Shown here: positions 1 through 12,085 of the stretch, piece by piece
Numbering within the stretch: position 1 is the first letter of the stretch
How the letters are laid out: the number at the start of each line of letters is the position of its first letter
Source of the DNA: Methanomassiliicoccaceae archaeon
Lineage (GTDB): Archaea; Thermoplasmatota; Thermoplasmata; Methanomassiliicoccales; Methanomassiliicoccaceae
Length of the DNA stretch: 64,000 nt
Direction: 5' to 3'
Assembly: GCA_963728405.1 (NCBI GenBank)
Contig: CAVSJV010000004.1
Span: 64,001 to 128,000 of the forward strand
Position numbers and translations under genes: made by a program
The notes under the pieces: generated by a model
Database searches by the model: none
Told to the model about the DNA's origin: nothing
What the model saw: only the letters and a program-made list of their open reading frames with translations

Positions 1-140
1 GTGCCGGCGATGTGGACCGACCGATACTTGAGATGGGGATCCCCTAGATGATGCAGCAGCCCGGTGACATTGGCCAAGCCGAACTTGATCCCCAGGGCCT
101 CCTGGTCGAACAGCCAGTCGATCGTTTCCCGGTAATCCAC
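1..140 (-). CDS. folC: Folylpolyglutamate synthase/dihydrofolate synthase, N-terminus (runs off window)
   Basis: Manual translation from GTG at 140: VDYRETIDWLFDQEALGIKFGLANVTGLLHHLGDPHLKYRSVHIAGT. Matches the FolC N-terminus leading into the HIAGTNGKGS P-loop. Confidence 0.85.
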   Translation of the reverse strand, partial: MDYRETIDWLFDQEALGIKFGLANVTGLLHHLGDPHLKYRSVHIAG

Positions 141-162
141 GGCCGTCCATGGCCATGGCCGC

Positions 163-945
163 TTAAATCTCTTGCTCCTTCTGCATGGTCGCGACGTATT
201 CCTTGAGCTCAACCTTCCGCTTCCTTGCCTGGGACTTCATGACCTTCATGAACCCCGAGCCATACTGGGCGGCCTTCTTCTCCCTCATCGCGATAAGCTC
301 CATTCCCATGGCCATGGCCGCATCTCGCAGAGGGGCCTTCCTTACGCCGTCGCGGACCTTGTCGGCAGGGGGAATGGTCTCCGCGATCCTTCGTACCTCC
401 TGATCCAAGAAGGGATGCTCGATAATTTTCCCATAGTGACCAGCGATGACCCGGTCCAAGGGCGCCCCGTCGGAGAGGACCTTGGCCACGTCGTCCCTCA
501 TGCCCTGCTCCAGTTGGTCTCCGGACATCGCCAGGTAGCGGTTGTAACCGCCGAACATCTCGTCCGCCCCCTGGCCGCTCATGAGCACATCCTCCTTAAC
601 CCGTGAGGCGATCATCTGTAGAGGAAGCTCGAACGACAGGACCACTGGGTGCTCGATCCGGACGATCCTCAGGGTCTCCCGGCATGCGGCCATCACATCG
701 TCCGGGGTCATGAGCAGGGGGGTCCAGGGCAGATCAAGGGCCGCGGCCATCTCCTCGCTCATGCGCAGGTCGTGAGCGCCCTCCACCCCTACCGTGTACA
801 ACTGGGGGGTCCCGTGTTTCATGGCCAGAGCGGCCAGCAATCCGCTGTCCAGTCCTCCTGAGAACATGATAGCGACCGGCCCGTGATCCATGACCTTTTC
901 GACCGCTTCGTCCAAGGTGCGCAATAGCTCAGTGATGGTGCTCAT
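163..945 (-). CDS. Asparagine synthase C-terminal (ATP pyrophosphatase) domain protein, no glutaminase domain
   Basis: SGGLDS PP-loop, SGQGADEMFGGY, PFLD and KKAAQYGSG motifs. Start taken at the ATG of MSTITELL. Confidence 0.85.
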   Translation of the reverse strand: MSTITELLRTLDEAVEKVMDHGPVAIMFSGGLDSGLLAALAMKHGTPQLYTVGVEGAHDLRMSEEMAAALDLPWTPLLMTPDDVMAACRETLRIVRIEHPVVLSFELPLQMIASRVKEDVLMSGQGADEMFGGYNRYLAMSGDQLEQGMRDDVAKVLSDGAPLDRVIAGHYGKIIEHPFLDQEVRRIAETIPPADKVRDGVRKAPLRDAAMAMGMELIAMREKKAAQYGSGFMKVMKSQARKRKVELKEYVATMQKEQEI

Positions 946-1025
946 CTGCTGACCTCTCTCCTCAAGGCGGGGGGTGGAAATAAACATGAGCCTCCCCAAG
1001 AGGTTTTATTGCTCTATACCCTTCA

Positions 1026-1490
1026 ATGGTCGATAAGATGGACAATGTCACCCGCATAGGCATATCGCTCGAGCCCGACCTCCTAAAGGAGTTCGACGAC
1101 CTCGTTACCGGCCGGGGCTACACCAACCGGTCGGAGGCTATACGGGACCTAATCCGCATCGCCCTCACCGAGGACCGTTGGGAGGACAGCGAGGCAGATG
1201 TCGTAGGGACCATTACTTTGGTGTATGATCACGGAAAGGGATGTGTCCAGGACAGACTGATGGAGATACAGCACCATCACCATGCCAACATATCCTCGAC
1301 CATCCACATCCATCTAAGCTTAGAGCAGTGTCTGGAGGTGCTCATCGTTTGGGGCGTGGTCAAGGAGGTCAAGCACCTTGCCGACGAGATCATCAGCATC
1401 AACGGCGTTTCGTTCGGCAAACTGACCATGACCTCGGGCTCTATGGACCGTGTGGGCGAGCGAGGGGCAAAGCACCCGCACGAACACTAA
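1026..1490 (+). CDS. nikR: Nickel-responsive transcriptional regulator NikR
   Basis: RHH N-terminus (RIGISL...NRSEAIRDLIR) and the QHHHH..STIHIHL..CLE nickel site. Confidence 0.95.
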   Translation: MVDKMDNVTRIGISLEPDLLKEFDDLVTGRGYTNRSEAIRDLIRIALTEDRWEDSEADVVGTITLVYDHGKGCVQDRLMEIQHHHHANISSTIHIHLSLEQCLEVLIVWGVVKEVKHLADEIISINGVSFGKLTMTSGSMDRVGERGAKHPHEH

Positions 1491-1567
1491 GCCAGCTATT
1501 CCTTTTTCGACCCATTTCGACCCCCCAAGCCATATTTTTTATACTCCGTGTCCTTTGGTCGAGGAGC

Positions 1568-4025
1568 ATGAGCAGGCTCATCATCTCAGAGAAGAGCGAC
1601 GCCGCGGCAAGGATAGCTACAATACTGTCCAGGGGCGGCTCCAAGAGGACCAGCGTCAATAAGGTGCCGGTCTTCGAGTTCGAGGATGAGGGCGGACCTG
1701 TTCACGTGGTCGGGCTGAGGGGGCACATCATCGAACTTGACTATCCCCCGGCAATGAACGACTGGAGGGGGGTGAGCCTATCGGATCTTATCAAGGCCGA
1801 GCCAGAGAAGAGGATCACTGCTCATAACATCGTCTCCACTTTGAGAGACCTTTCCAAGGATGTCAACGAGATCATCATCGCCACCGACTTTGACCGTGAA
1901 GGAGAGCTGATCGGCCTGGAGACGGCCCGCCTACTCGACCTTAACGATAAGAAGGTCGGACGGGCCAGGTTCAGCGCGTTCACCCGCCAGGAGATCGATA
2001 CTGCCTTCGGCCAGCTCACCAAGCCGGACGAGGGATTGGCCGATTCGGCGGAATGCCGCCAAAAGATCGATCTGGCCTGGGGTGCGGTGCTCACACGTTT
2101 CATCTCATTGGCCTCGAACCAGGGCGGAAGTAACTTCCTGTCCGTAGGCCGGGTACAGAGTCCCACCCTGGCGCTGGTGGTCGCGAGGCACGAGGCCATC
2201 GAGGAGTTCGTTCCAACGCCCTACTGGAACGTCACCGCCCGCTTCGAGAAGGGCTTAGAGTTCCAGGGTAACCATTCAAAGAACCCCTTCCGGGAAGAGA
2301 CCGAGGCGGCCAAGGCTCTGGCCAACTGCGAGGGATCGGACAAGGGAAGGGTCACCAAGTACGAGCGTACTGAGAAGGATGAGTATCCCCTCCCGCCGTT
2401 CAACACCACCATGATGCTCATGGAGGCCAACAAGCTAGGATTCACCGCGGCCCGAGCGATGAAGATCGCCGAGGACCTTTACACCGCCGGTTACATCTCA
2501 TATCCAAGGACGGACAATACCGTCTATCCGCCCTCCCTGGGGCTGCGGCGCATTCTGGAGAAGCTGCTGGAGTCGGAGGACCTCAAGAAGGACGCCGAAG
2601 AGCTCCTGACCCAGGAGCACATCCGGCCGTCCAGGGGCAAGGTCCAGGCCACTGATCACCCCCCCATCTATCCGACCGAGGCCGCTAACAGTAAGCAGTT
2701 CAAGGGGGAGAAGTGGGCCATCTATGAGCTTGTGGCCCGCCGCTTCATGGCCACTGTGGCCCCTCCGGCCAAGGCCGCGTTATCTAATTCCACCATCGAT
2801 GTCAACGGGGAGGAGTTCGATGCCAGAGGCTACAAGCTCCTCTACCCCGGCTGGAAGAAGTACTATCCTTACTTCCGGGTCAATGAGATCGAGCTGCCCG
2901 AATTGAAGGTGGGCGAGGACAGTCCGCATGCTAGGCGCCGGCTCGGACAAGAAAATGACCCAGCCACCGGGACGCTACTCTCAGGGCAGCTTGATCCAGG
3001 AGATGGAGCGTCTTGCACTAGGGACGAAATCCACCCGGCACGACATCATCCAGAAGCTCTACGACCGCAAGTATGTAGAAGGGAACGATCTCATCCCCAC
3101 GGCCAGCGGTGTTGCCGTGGCCGAGGCGCTGATCAAGCATGCCCAGATCGTCACCGATCCCAAGATGACCGCCCACCTCGAGCAGGACATGGATGATATA
3201 GCCAACGGGAAGAACACCCTGAGCGACGTGGTCGAAGAATCACAGGACATGCTCTCCGATATCCTGGAAACGATGGAGAAGCATCGCAGCCAGATCGGTG
3301 AAGAGATCAGGAAGGCCATCGAATCACAACACTATATCGGAAAGTGCCCTGACTGTGGCTCCGATCTTAAGGTCATCAGGTCCAAGATGGGGAGGCCATT
3401 CGTTGGCTGCTCCAAGTATCCCGATTGCAAGCGCGTCTACCAATACCCGCCCTCGGCGCTGGTCCAGTCTACCGAAGAGATCTGCGAGATGTGCAAGGCG
3501 CCCATGGTGAGGGTGGTCAGGAAGGGGCAAGCGCCCCTGGTGCATTGCCTGGACCCGGGCTGCGAGAGCAACCGGGAACGGATGACCGCTGGCTCCTGCC
3601 CCCACTGCGGGAAGGACCTGCGGATCATCTACTCACGCGCTGGCAAGAGATTCCTGGGCTGCTCCGGGTACCCCGATTGCAAGCAGACCTATCCCCTTCC
3701 CCAGTACGGCAAGTTCGCGCCCACCGGCGATAAGTGTGAGGGATGTGGCGCCCCGGTGTTACAGATCTGGATGAGGGGGCAGACCTGGAAATCCTGCGCC
3801 AACATGGACTGCCCGACCAAGAAGAAGGAAGGGGAGAAGAAGTCCGCTCCCAAGAAGGCGGCGAAGAAAGCTCCGGCCAGGAAGGCAGCCCCGAAGAAGA
3901 CCGGGGCCGAGGAAGAGCCGGCCAAGGCCAAGAAGGCCCCGGCCAAGAAAGTGGCCGTGAAGAAACCCGCGGTCAAGAAGAAAGTGGTTGCAAAGAAGGC
4001 TGCGCCACCCATGGCGGTCGAATAG
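1568..4025 (+). CDS. topA: DNA topoisomerase IA with C-terminal Zn ribbons and Lys/Ala-rich tail; apparent +1 frameshift at 2919-2923
   Basis: TOPRIM motifs (ISEK, ATDFDREGE), SVGRVQSPTL, active-site YISYPRTD, LGTKSTR and CxxC repeats. Deleting the A in GAC(A)GTC joins the two ORFs. Confidence 0.93.
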
Positions 4026-4147
4026 AGCAATGACTGCCATGCAGCCGCCTTCCATCTCTCATTTTAGAACTGAGACAAGGAACTAGGATGCCCCTTTGCC
4101 CGGCCGGTGGGCCCGTCGAGATAAGCTAAGGATCAAGTAAATCGGTC

Positions 4148-4601
4148 TCACCGGCGATCGTGGTCGTCATGATCATGCTCACATTCGTGGTCATGCTCAT
4201 GATCATGGGCCTTTTCCAGATCCTCCACAGTCACATCCGCACCGGCGAACGCCATCTCCCTCAGGGCCAAAGGGTCCACGAGGTCCTGGATCTTCTTGCG
4301 ACTCAGGCCGTAGAGCAGCACAGTTGACGATGACATCCATCTCCTTGATGCCCTCATCCAGCTGGCCCTTGGACATCGGTATGCCGTCATGATTGGTCAC
4401 GCTAACGGCCAGAAATCCATGCCCCGAGGTCTCCACGATGCACTTGATATGGCCGATGAGGTCAGCGCCGGCCTTGAGGCAGCCCATGGTGATCTTGGTC
4501 ATGAGCCCCTCGACCTGGGTCTGGATCTCCGCTGAGGGGACCGGCCTCTCGAAATGCACATCGATCTTCACGGCATAGGCGGCGAAATCGGAAGTGATCA
4601 T
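4148..4601 (-). CDS. Hypothetical CobW-associated protein with His/Asp-rich tail; apparent frameshift at 4320-4324
   Basis: IGHIK motif. Removing 1 nt gives ...DVIVNVLLYGLSRKKIQ...HDHEHDHECEHDHDDHDRR. ATGA overlap with the upstream GTPase. Confidence 0.7.
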
Positions 4602-5198
4602 TGCATCACCATCGCTTCGACCACCTTATCGACAGTTCGTTCCCTCGGTGGCGGAGATGGGGATGATCGGCTTGGACGAGTTGATCTCCCGGAGCGCTCG
4701 CTCGATCCCTTTCAAGGCAGCCTCGTCCACGGTGTCCATCTTATTTATGAGGATGAGGTCGGCGGACTTGACCTGGGCGGCCAGGGGCCGCCCCAGTGCT
4801 TTCAAGATCACCTGGAAGCGAGCAGCGTCGACGACGACCGCCGAGCGTATCGAAGAGAGCTTCTTTCCCGAGTAATGCTCCATGCAAAGCACGATGGCCT
4901 CGGGGTCGGCGACACCGGTCGGTTCGATGACGATAAGGTCGGGGGCGATATTGTTCTCGATATCCACCACAGTCTGCAAGAGGTCCGGCCCCAGGGTGCA
5001 ACAGATACATCCACTGGCCATTTCCTTTACTTGTAGGCCGTACTTGGTCATCACCTTTCCATCGATGCCCACCGTGCCGAAATCGTTGACGATGACCACG
5101 ACCTTTTTTCCGGTCCGCTCAATGATCTTGCTGATGATCGATAGGACCAGAGTGGTCTTACCCGAGCCTAGGAATCCCGCTACGATGAACATGTCCAT
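4598..5198 (-). CDS. CobW/COG0523-type G3E GTPase (GTPase domain only); apparent frameshift at 4632-4636
   Basis: GFLGSGKTT, VNDFG, GCICC, IEPTGVA and NKMD motifs. The corrected end GTNVDKVVEAMVMQ* overlaps the next start. Confidence 0.88.
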
Positions 5199-5350
5199 GA
5201 ACCAACGCCTCGCTTCCCTTCCGATTCAAAATTAGATATATAAAATCAACCGCGGACTTGTGCGAGAATGTAGTTCAGATGATCCGTTCCGACCCTTCTA
5301 TCTCGGGGCCGCCCCATTTGGTCCACCGGAAAATCGATCATTGATGACGA

Positions 5351-5536
5351 TCAGCATTTGAACAGTTCTTCATCGTCCTGACCCAGGAAATGCTTCTCCA
5401 GCATTTCGCGCTCTTTCGCGATCCTGCGGTTGCGGCAGTGCACGCATTCCACCCGCTTCCCCAATCCCTGCTTACGCCTGACCACTTCCGTGTCCAGGTC
5501 GGCAAGAGCGCCACAGCCACATAGGGCCTTGTTCAT
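5351..5536 (-). CDS. Small Cys-rich putative Zn-binding protein
   Basis: MNKALCGCG...VECVHCRNRR; 61 aa with CxC and CxxC. Confidence 0.55.
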   Translation of the reverse strand: MNKALCGCGALADLDTEVVRRKQGLGKRVECVHCRNRRIAKEREMLEKHFLGQDDEELFKC

Positions 5537-5952
5537 CGAATATGGACCAAACATGAGTGCTACCCCAGCAATGCTTGATCCCATCGGATTCAACGCGGCA
5601 ACCCCCATCCCCGTTCTCGCGAACGTGCCGGTCACTTGATGATCCTATGAGAGGTTCATAGCATACGCTAATGGTTTAAGTGCTGATTTCCTCCGATTCC
5701 TATGTCTAGCCTGTTACGAGAGCTGAGGGTTTCCCCATGGTTGAGCTTTTATTTTAACAGGCCCGATACTCATGAACAACCCACCAATCTTAAACATTTC
5801 CTTAACATGTTATAATCGTAGATTTTAGGAAATAAAAACTCTGGCCTAGTGAATTTGTGAGCAATGTTTTCCATTTATTAAAGACACATACTGAGCCAGT
5901 AACGAATGAGAATTAGAGGAGAATGCACGTACGAAAAGTACGGTAAGCTTCT

Positions 5953-6417
5953 TCAATTGCTCTGCGAGTCGTTCGGAACGTTCGGCAGAGGTTTTACAGG
6001 GTAGACCTCCACATCCACGTCGATGCCCTTTCGCACGCTCTGTGTTACGATGCAGAAGTCCTCGAAGATCTCCCGGCACCGTTGAAATTTTATTTCATCG
6101 CCTATCCGGGGGAATATCTTGACCGACATGTGGGTGATCCGCAGGCGCCCTTTCTCATTTCGCCCCATGGTGGTCGTGACCTCGGCACAGATGCTTGGTA
6201 TCTCGGCCCTGGATTTCTCCATGCAGAACACCATTGAGGCACATAGGCAGTTCCCCACAGCAGCGGCCAACAGCTTTCCGGCGTTAGGATATTCCCCCTT
6301 GCCCAGCGGCTCCGGCTCGTCGGTGAAGATGTTCTCGATCTTGTCGGAATTGAAAGAAACCATGAACTTGTAGTGCTCCACTCGGCACATCTTGGTCAGG
6401 AACTCAGCCTCTTCCAT
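5953..6417 (-). CDS. OsmC/Ohr family protein
   Basis: DEPEPLG...PNAGKLLAAAVGNC and FCIVTQSV Cys pair. Confidence 0.85.
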   Translation of the reverse strand: MEEAEFLTKMCRVEHYKFMVSFNSDKIENIFTDEPEPLGKGEYPNAGKLLAAAVGNCLCASMVFCMEKSRAEIPSICAEVTTTMGRNEKGRLRITHMSVKIFPRIGDEIKFQRCREIFEDFCIVTQSVRKGIDVDVEVYPVKPLPNVPNDSQSN

Positions 6418-7623
6418 CTAGGCCAGCTCCAGCCTCTCCAGCTGTTTCAGCACTTCGGCCCTCAGGGCCTCGGCCTTCTTGTCTCGTATCATCCGCTTAC
6501 CATTCTCCATCAGCTTAGTCATGGCTGGGACCATCCCCTTGCCGCAGTGAGCGCAGCTTGGGACATTACCCTCGGAAGTGGAGACCTCAAAGTTGAAGCA
6601 GTCGGAGCATCGGAACAGGAACTTTCGTCCACCGAACTTGCCCCTCTTGGCGACCGGAGCGCCGTCCTTCTCTACGATATCCAAAGCGAAGTCCACGGTA
6701 GGGGCGTTCGATATGCTCGTGCCGACGCCAAATCCATCCGCTCCGGCCTTGGCAAGGTCAGGTATGGTCTTGTCGTCCAAGCCGCCGGATACGAAGATCT
6801 TCACGTGCTGGCATCCACGAAGGTCCAACTCCCAGCGAACCTCCCTGATGAGCTCGGTGAACGAGCCGCGCCGCGAACCGGGCGTGTCGAGTCGTACCCC
6901 CGCCAGGCCCTTCACGGCCTGGCAGGCGGCAATAGCTTCGGTCTTCTCGTCGGAATATGTATCGACCAGCACTATGCGGGGCACTGAGGCGTCAACTACC
7001 TCATCGAATGCCTTAAACGCCTTCACCGAGTCGCCCATCATGATAATCAGCGCATGAGGCATGGTGCCTTCCGGCTTCTTCTCGATGGTCTCCGCTCCCA
7101 GCAGAGAGGAAACGGCGTCGCAGCCCCCGATGTAGGAGGAGCGGTCGAGCATAGGGCTGATGGCCGGATGCGTCCTCCGTATCCCAAAGGCGATCATGGA
7201 ACGGTCTCCGCCGGCCTTGCGGCAGCGAGCGGCCATGGTCGCCACGCCGGTCGAATGGCAGATGAACCCCAGCAGGGGAGTCTCGTAAACGCAGTATTCG
7301 GCGTAGGGGCCTTCGATAGTCAGCACCGGCAGCTTGATCCCGCTCTGGGTGCGCGATGGGAACACCGATCCCTCGGTCAGACCCCAGATATCGACATTCT
7401 TACCTTCCATCAGGCGGAGCGCTTCTTCCAGCCCACACAACACGCCCCACGGCCAGTCCCGAGGCAGCTTGGCCACGGTCATTTCAGCTAAGGCATTCTG
7501 TTCTAGCATTCCCTTGGCCTTAAGGACCTCCATCGTACGTGTGAAGTAGATGTCGGTTGTTCGGCCCTGCATGATCTCCTCATCGGAGGCGGTGAAGAAA
7601 CGTCTTCCCCCTGGTGCACCCAT
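6418..7623 (-). CDS. pncB: Nicotinate phosphoribosyltransferase
   Basis: TDIYF, FGIRR, GTMPHA, VRLDTP, SGGLD and GVGT motifs. Confidence 0.92.
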   Translation of the reverse strand: MGAPGGRRFFTASDEEIMQGRTTDIYFTRTMEVLKAKGMLEQNALAEMTVAKLPRDWPWGVLCGLEEALRLMEGKNVDIWGLTEGSVFPSRTQSGIKLPVLTIEGPYAEYCVYETPLLGFICHSTGVATMAARCRKAGGDRSMIAFGIRRTHPAISPMLDRSSYIGGCDAVSSLLGAETIEKKPEGTMPHALIIMMGDSVKAFKAFDEVVDASVPRIVLVDTYSDEKTEAIAACQAVKGLAGVRLDTPGSRRGSFTELIREVRWELDLRGCQHVKIFVSGGLDDKTIPDLAKAGADGFGVGTSISNAPTVDFALDIVEKDGAPVAKRGKFGGRKFLFRCSDCFNFEVSTSEGNVPSCAHCGKGMVPAMTKLMENGKRMIRDKKAEALRAEVLKQLERLELA

Positions 7624-7695
7624 GTTCCTTTCTCCTCTGGATGCCAGGAATGGCTCGTAGGAGTATAATATTTGGTGTTAGAAAAAAGAAGGGGT

Positions 7696-8975
<1,280 letters not shown>

Positions 8976-9039
8976 ATCTAGGACCTCAAGTATGGATGAT
9001 AAAGGATAATACGAAAACCTACTTAACTTCCACTAGGCC

Positions 9040-10011
9040 TCAGCGGGTGATCTTCACGGCCGGCTGGGCCTCTCCCTCTATGATCTCCATGTTCCTTTCC
9101 AAGAGAGCCATCTCCCGAACATCCAGGGCCCGGGGGTCGACCGAGATGATGACCCTGGACTTGTATTCCATCACTACCTCGGTGATGCGATGGATCATCT
9201 TGAGGACCTTGTCGAAACCGTTGTTGACGATAAGGAACTCTATGCCGTCGATCATCACCACGCTGTCGTCGGACTTCTCGATGAAGCGGATGATGGTGTC
9301 CCCTAGGATGCCAATATTGGATGGGTTCACGTAGACCTTACCCAACTGATTGCTGAGCCAGATGATCGGCGTCTCTTCCAGGCCCCATTCCTGGCGGACC
9401 ACTGCGGGGTACTGCCTAGTGATGCACAGCCCCTGGATGCTGTGAGTGACCTGATCAGTGAATATCTCGAAGGATTTCACCGCCTTCTGCTCCTTGACGA
9501 CGTAGCTGAGCCCGCGGCGCAGCTCATATTTCTTTGCGGACTTCTTGGCCTTTTCCATTCCTTCCGGTGCGATGCCCTTCTTTTTACTCAGAAAGGAGAA
9601 TAGCCCCGCCTCCTCCTTGGGGTGCGGCTCGGGGACAGATACGGGCCTATCTTCGAGCATCCCCCTAAGCCGGTCGGACAGCTCTTTGTTGTTGAACGGC
9701 TTTCGGATGTAACCAGAAACGACATCTTGCAGGCCAAAGATGTCCGTGCCCACATCGGTCGTGGCGGTCAGCATCATGACCTTGGTCCCCGTGGTGATGC
9801 CGTCCTCCTTCAGCTTGCGAAGGACGGTCCAGCCATCCATGTCCGGCATGTTGATATCGAGAAGTATTAGGTCGGGACGCTCGGCGCCGGCCTTCTCCAA
9901 TGCCTCCTTACCGCCTGAAGCAGTAAGGGGAGAGAACCCTGCCCCGGAGACCAGTTCGGAGACGATGTCCTGTATCGCCGGATTATCATCAACGATCAGA
10001 ACTTTCTTCAA
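9040..10011 (-). CDS. Response regulator receiver domain fused to a DUF835 domain
   Basis: REC motifs VDD, LLDINMP, LTA and KPF. C-terminal GLCITRQYP...IIWLS...DGIEFL is typical of DUF835. Confidence 0.85.
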   Translation of the reverse strand: MKKVLIVDDNPAIQDIVSELVSGAGFSPLTASGGKEALEKAGAERPDLILLDINMPDMDGWTVLRKLKEDGITTGTKVMMLTATTDVGTDIFGLQDVVSGYIRKPFNNKELSDRLRGMLEDRPVSVPEPHPKEEAGLFSFLSKKKGIAPEGMEKAKKSAKKYELRRGLSYVVKEQKAVKSFEIFTDQVTHSIQGLCITRQYPAVVRQEWGLEETPIIWLSNQLGKVYVNPSNIGILGDTIIRFIEKSDDSVVMIDGIEFLIVNNGFDKVLKMIHRITEVVMEYKSRVIISVDPRALDVREMALLERNMEIIEGEAQPAVKITR

Positions 10012-10155
10012 CTGAACATCTCCTGGACCATCCCGTTTTACTATCGAAGCGTAAAACTATGTTAAAAATCTATCCCTTTCATTATTATTACGAAAGGCGA
10101 AATGGTAGGCGGTCAGGAGGCGTGGACCTCCTGGAAGAATAAAGGTTTCGAAGGC

Positions 10156-10305
10156 TTAGGCCTTCCTGCTTTCCTTGGCCTTCTGGCGGAGACCTTCGTA
10201 ACCGCATTTGCGGCAGCGGGTGGCCCTCGGGGCATTCCTCGCGTCGCACTTCATGCAGATCTTCTTATTAAGAAGCCTTTCATCAGCTTCCTTGAAACGT
10301 GCCAT
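10156..10305 (-). CDS. rpl40e: 50S ribosomal protein L40e
   Basis: [40 protein letters not shown]. Confidence 0.95.
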   Translation of the reverse strand: MARFKEADERLLNKKICMKCDARNAPRATRCRKCGYEGLRQKAKESRKA

Positions 10306-10365
10306 CTGAATCCTCTTCCGTGATGAATATGAAAGTCCTATAAATAAATTGGCTAGACCCACGCC

Positions 10366-11337
10366 TCAATCGGCACTGTCGCCACGATGCTCTCCTACGA
10401 GAACCATGTAGGCCAGGAGGGATTCGAGCTGTATCCGCTCGTTCGAACCTTCTACGATTCGGAATTCGATCTCTCCGGTTCGGTCCATTAGTCTGACCTT
10501 CTCGTAGTCCGGAATGTCCAGCTCGAATACAGTCTTGTGAATCTGCTTGATTATGTCCTCGCCCGACAGCCCATAGGTGATCATGATCTCGTCGAGGCGG
10601 TTCCGGGCAGCGATGAAATCGCCGGAGATGGCCAACTGCAGCAGCTCCTTGACCTCTTCCGGGCGAGCTGTTCCAGTCGTATGATAGACCAGGTCCACGG
10701 TAATCTTCTCGCCCAGAGAGGCGGCGACCTGTAACGAGTTAACGGCCTTGCGCATGTCGCCCTGCGATACGTGCACGAGGGCCTCCAGGGCATCGTCTGC
10801 TATGGTAAGGTTTTCCACAGATGCTATGTGCTTCAGGTAGTTGCGGACGTCCTCCGCGCGTAGCGGACGGAACCGGAAGACCGCGCAACGGGACTGGATG
10901 GGGTCGATGATCTTGGACGAATAGTTGCAGGAGAGGATGAACCGGCAGGTCTTGCTGTATTTTTCCATCGTTCGCCTCAGGGCCGCCTGAGCGTCACCGG
11001 TGAGAGCATCAGCCTCGTCCAGGAAGATGATCTTGAAGTCGGCGCCGCCGATGGGGCCGGTCCGAGCGAAATCCTTGATCTTTCCCCTGACGACATCGAT
11101 CCCTCTCTCGTCTGATGCATTCAGCTCATTGAAGTTGCCCTTCCAGTTTTCACCGTACAACTCCCGGGCGAGGGCGATGGCGGACGTGGTCTTGCCGGTA
11201 CCGGCGGGACCGGCGAGCATGAGGTGGGGGAGGTTTCTGGCCTGGACGTACGATTCCAGTCGGTCCACGATGTCCTTCTGACCAACGACGTCCTTGAGCG
11301 CCTTAGGCCGATACTTCTCGATCCATATCTCATTCAT
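10366..11337 (-). CDS. rfcS: Replication factor C small subunit
   Basis: WIEKYRP, GPAGTGKT, ELNASDERG, LDEAD and SRC motifs. Confidence 0.96.
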   Translation of the reverse strand: MNEIWIEKYRPKALKDVVGQKDIVDRLESYVQARNLPHLMLAGPAGTGKTTSAIALARELYGENWKGNFNELNASDERGIDVVRGKIKDFARTGPIGGADFKIIFLDEADALTGDAQAALRRTMEKYSKTCRFILSCNYSSKIIDPIQSRCAVFRFRPLRAEDVRNYLKHIASVENLTIADDALEALVHVSQGDMRKAVNSLQVAASLGEKITVDLVYHTTGTARPEEVKELLQLAISGDFIAARNRLDEIMITYGLSGEDIIKQIHKTVFELDIPDYEKVRLMDRTGEIEFRIVEGSNERIQLESLLAYMVLVGEHRGDSAD

Positions 11338-11659
11338 ATTTTAACACCATGATAAACTAATTCCTTAGAGTTAAAGCGGATTTCAATTCTTCTGCACTTT
11401 GGGCAAGGTCAATAAGAGAAATAAATACTCCTATCTCTGAGAATCTTCAATACAAAGGACCATGCGACCCCATTAGAGGGTCTCGTTTTGATATCTGCCA
11501 TTGACGATGAAATAGTTTTTCGGAGGTCCCTACATTTCCACTATCTTGATTTTGCACATTATGGGCCACCTAATTCCTTTCCAACTAGGTGGTCGGGCGA
11601 GGTGGGCTGCTCCACTATCGAAGATTCTTGCTTCAACCAACCAACTTGCAGCAAATTTC

Positions 11660-12000
11660 AATGGCCGGGTTGACCCCGATCATCACCAGGATCCCGGCGT
11701 CCCCATTCTCGCTCAATGGAGAGATGATGACAATAGATGATGATAATACGTTGAGGTGGTCACAACCATATTGATCGGATTTCTCGTGGCCTGATCCGCA
11801 GGTCGGCGGATTCGCCCTTTGGTTCATGACATTTCTCCCATCATTCGTTTGGCTCATTGATAAGTCCGGCCTTGGAATGCCATGGTTCCTTGGCCCAGTA
11901 TGCCTGATCGCCGCCCTCGAGCTGCTGGCATGGCAGGGCATATGACCTCACCAAACTATACAACGCAGCGATACGACAGACTGCCCTTGCTCCGCGGTAG
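11660..12000 (+). pseudogene. Decayed paralog of the zinc-ribbon/TM2-like membrane protein
   Basis: With one frameshift the 3' end reads LLAWQ-AYDLTKLYNAAIRQTALAPR*, versus WVWQIYDAYNKANQYNAAVQQTGRAPW* in the intact copy. The 5' part is highly degenerate. Confidence 0.55.
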
Positions 12001-12085
12001 CGCTTAATATTTTTATTCCATCTTTTTTTCCAGTAAATATATTTAACCAACAGTCGTTGTCGGCCATAACTCAGAAGGAGATTAA

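Noticed and set aside
1241-1567. N-terminal extension of the topA ORF overlapping nikR
   Set aside because: TOPRIM homology begins at the ATG at 1568, which follows a GAGGAG element. The upstream part is a shadow frame of nikR.
5640-5950. AT-rich intergenic region as a replication origin
   Set aside because: No ORB-like repeats or cdc6 gene nearby; it is compatible with ordinary promoter/terminator DNA.
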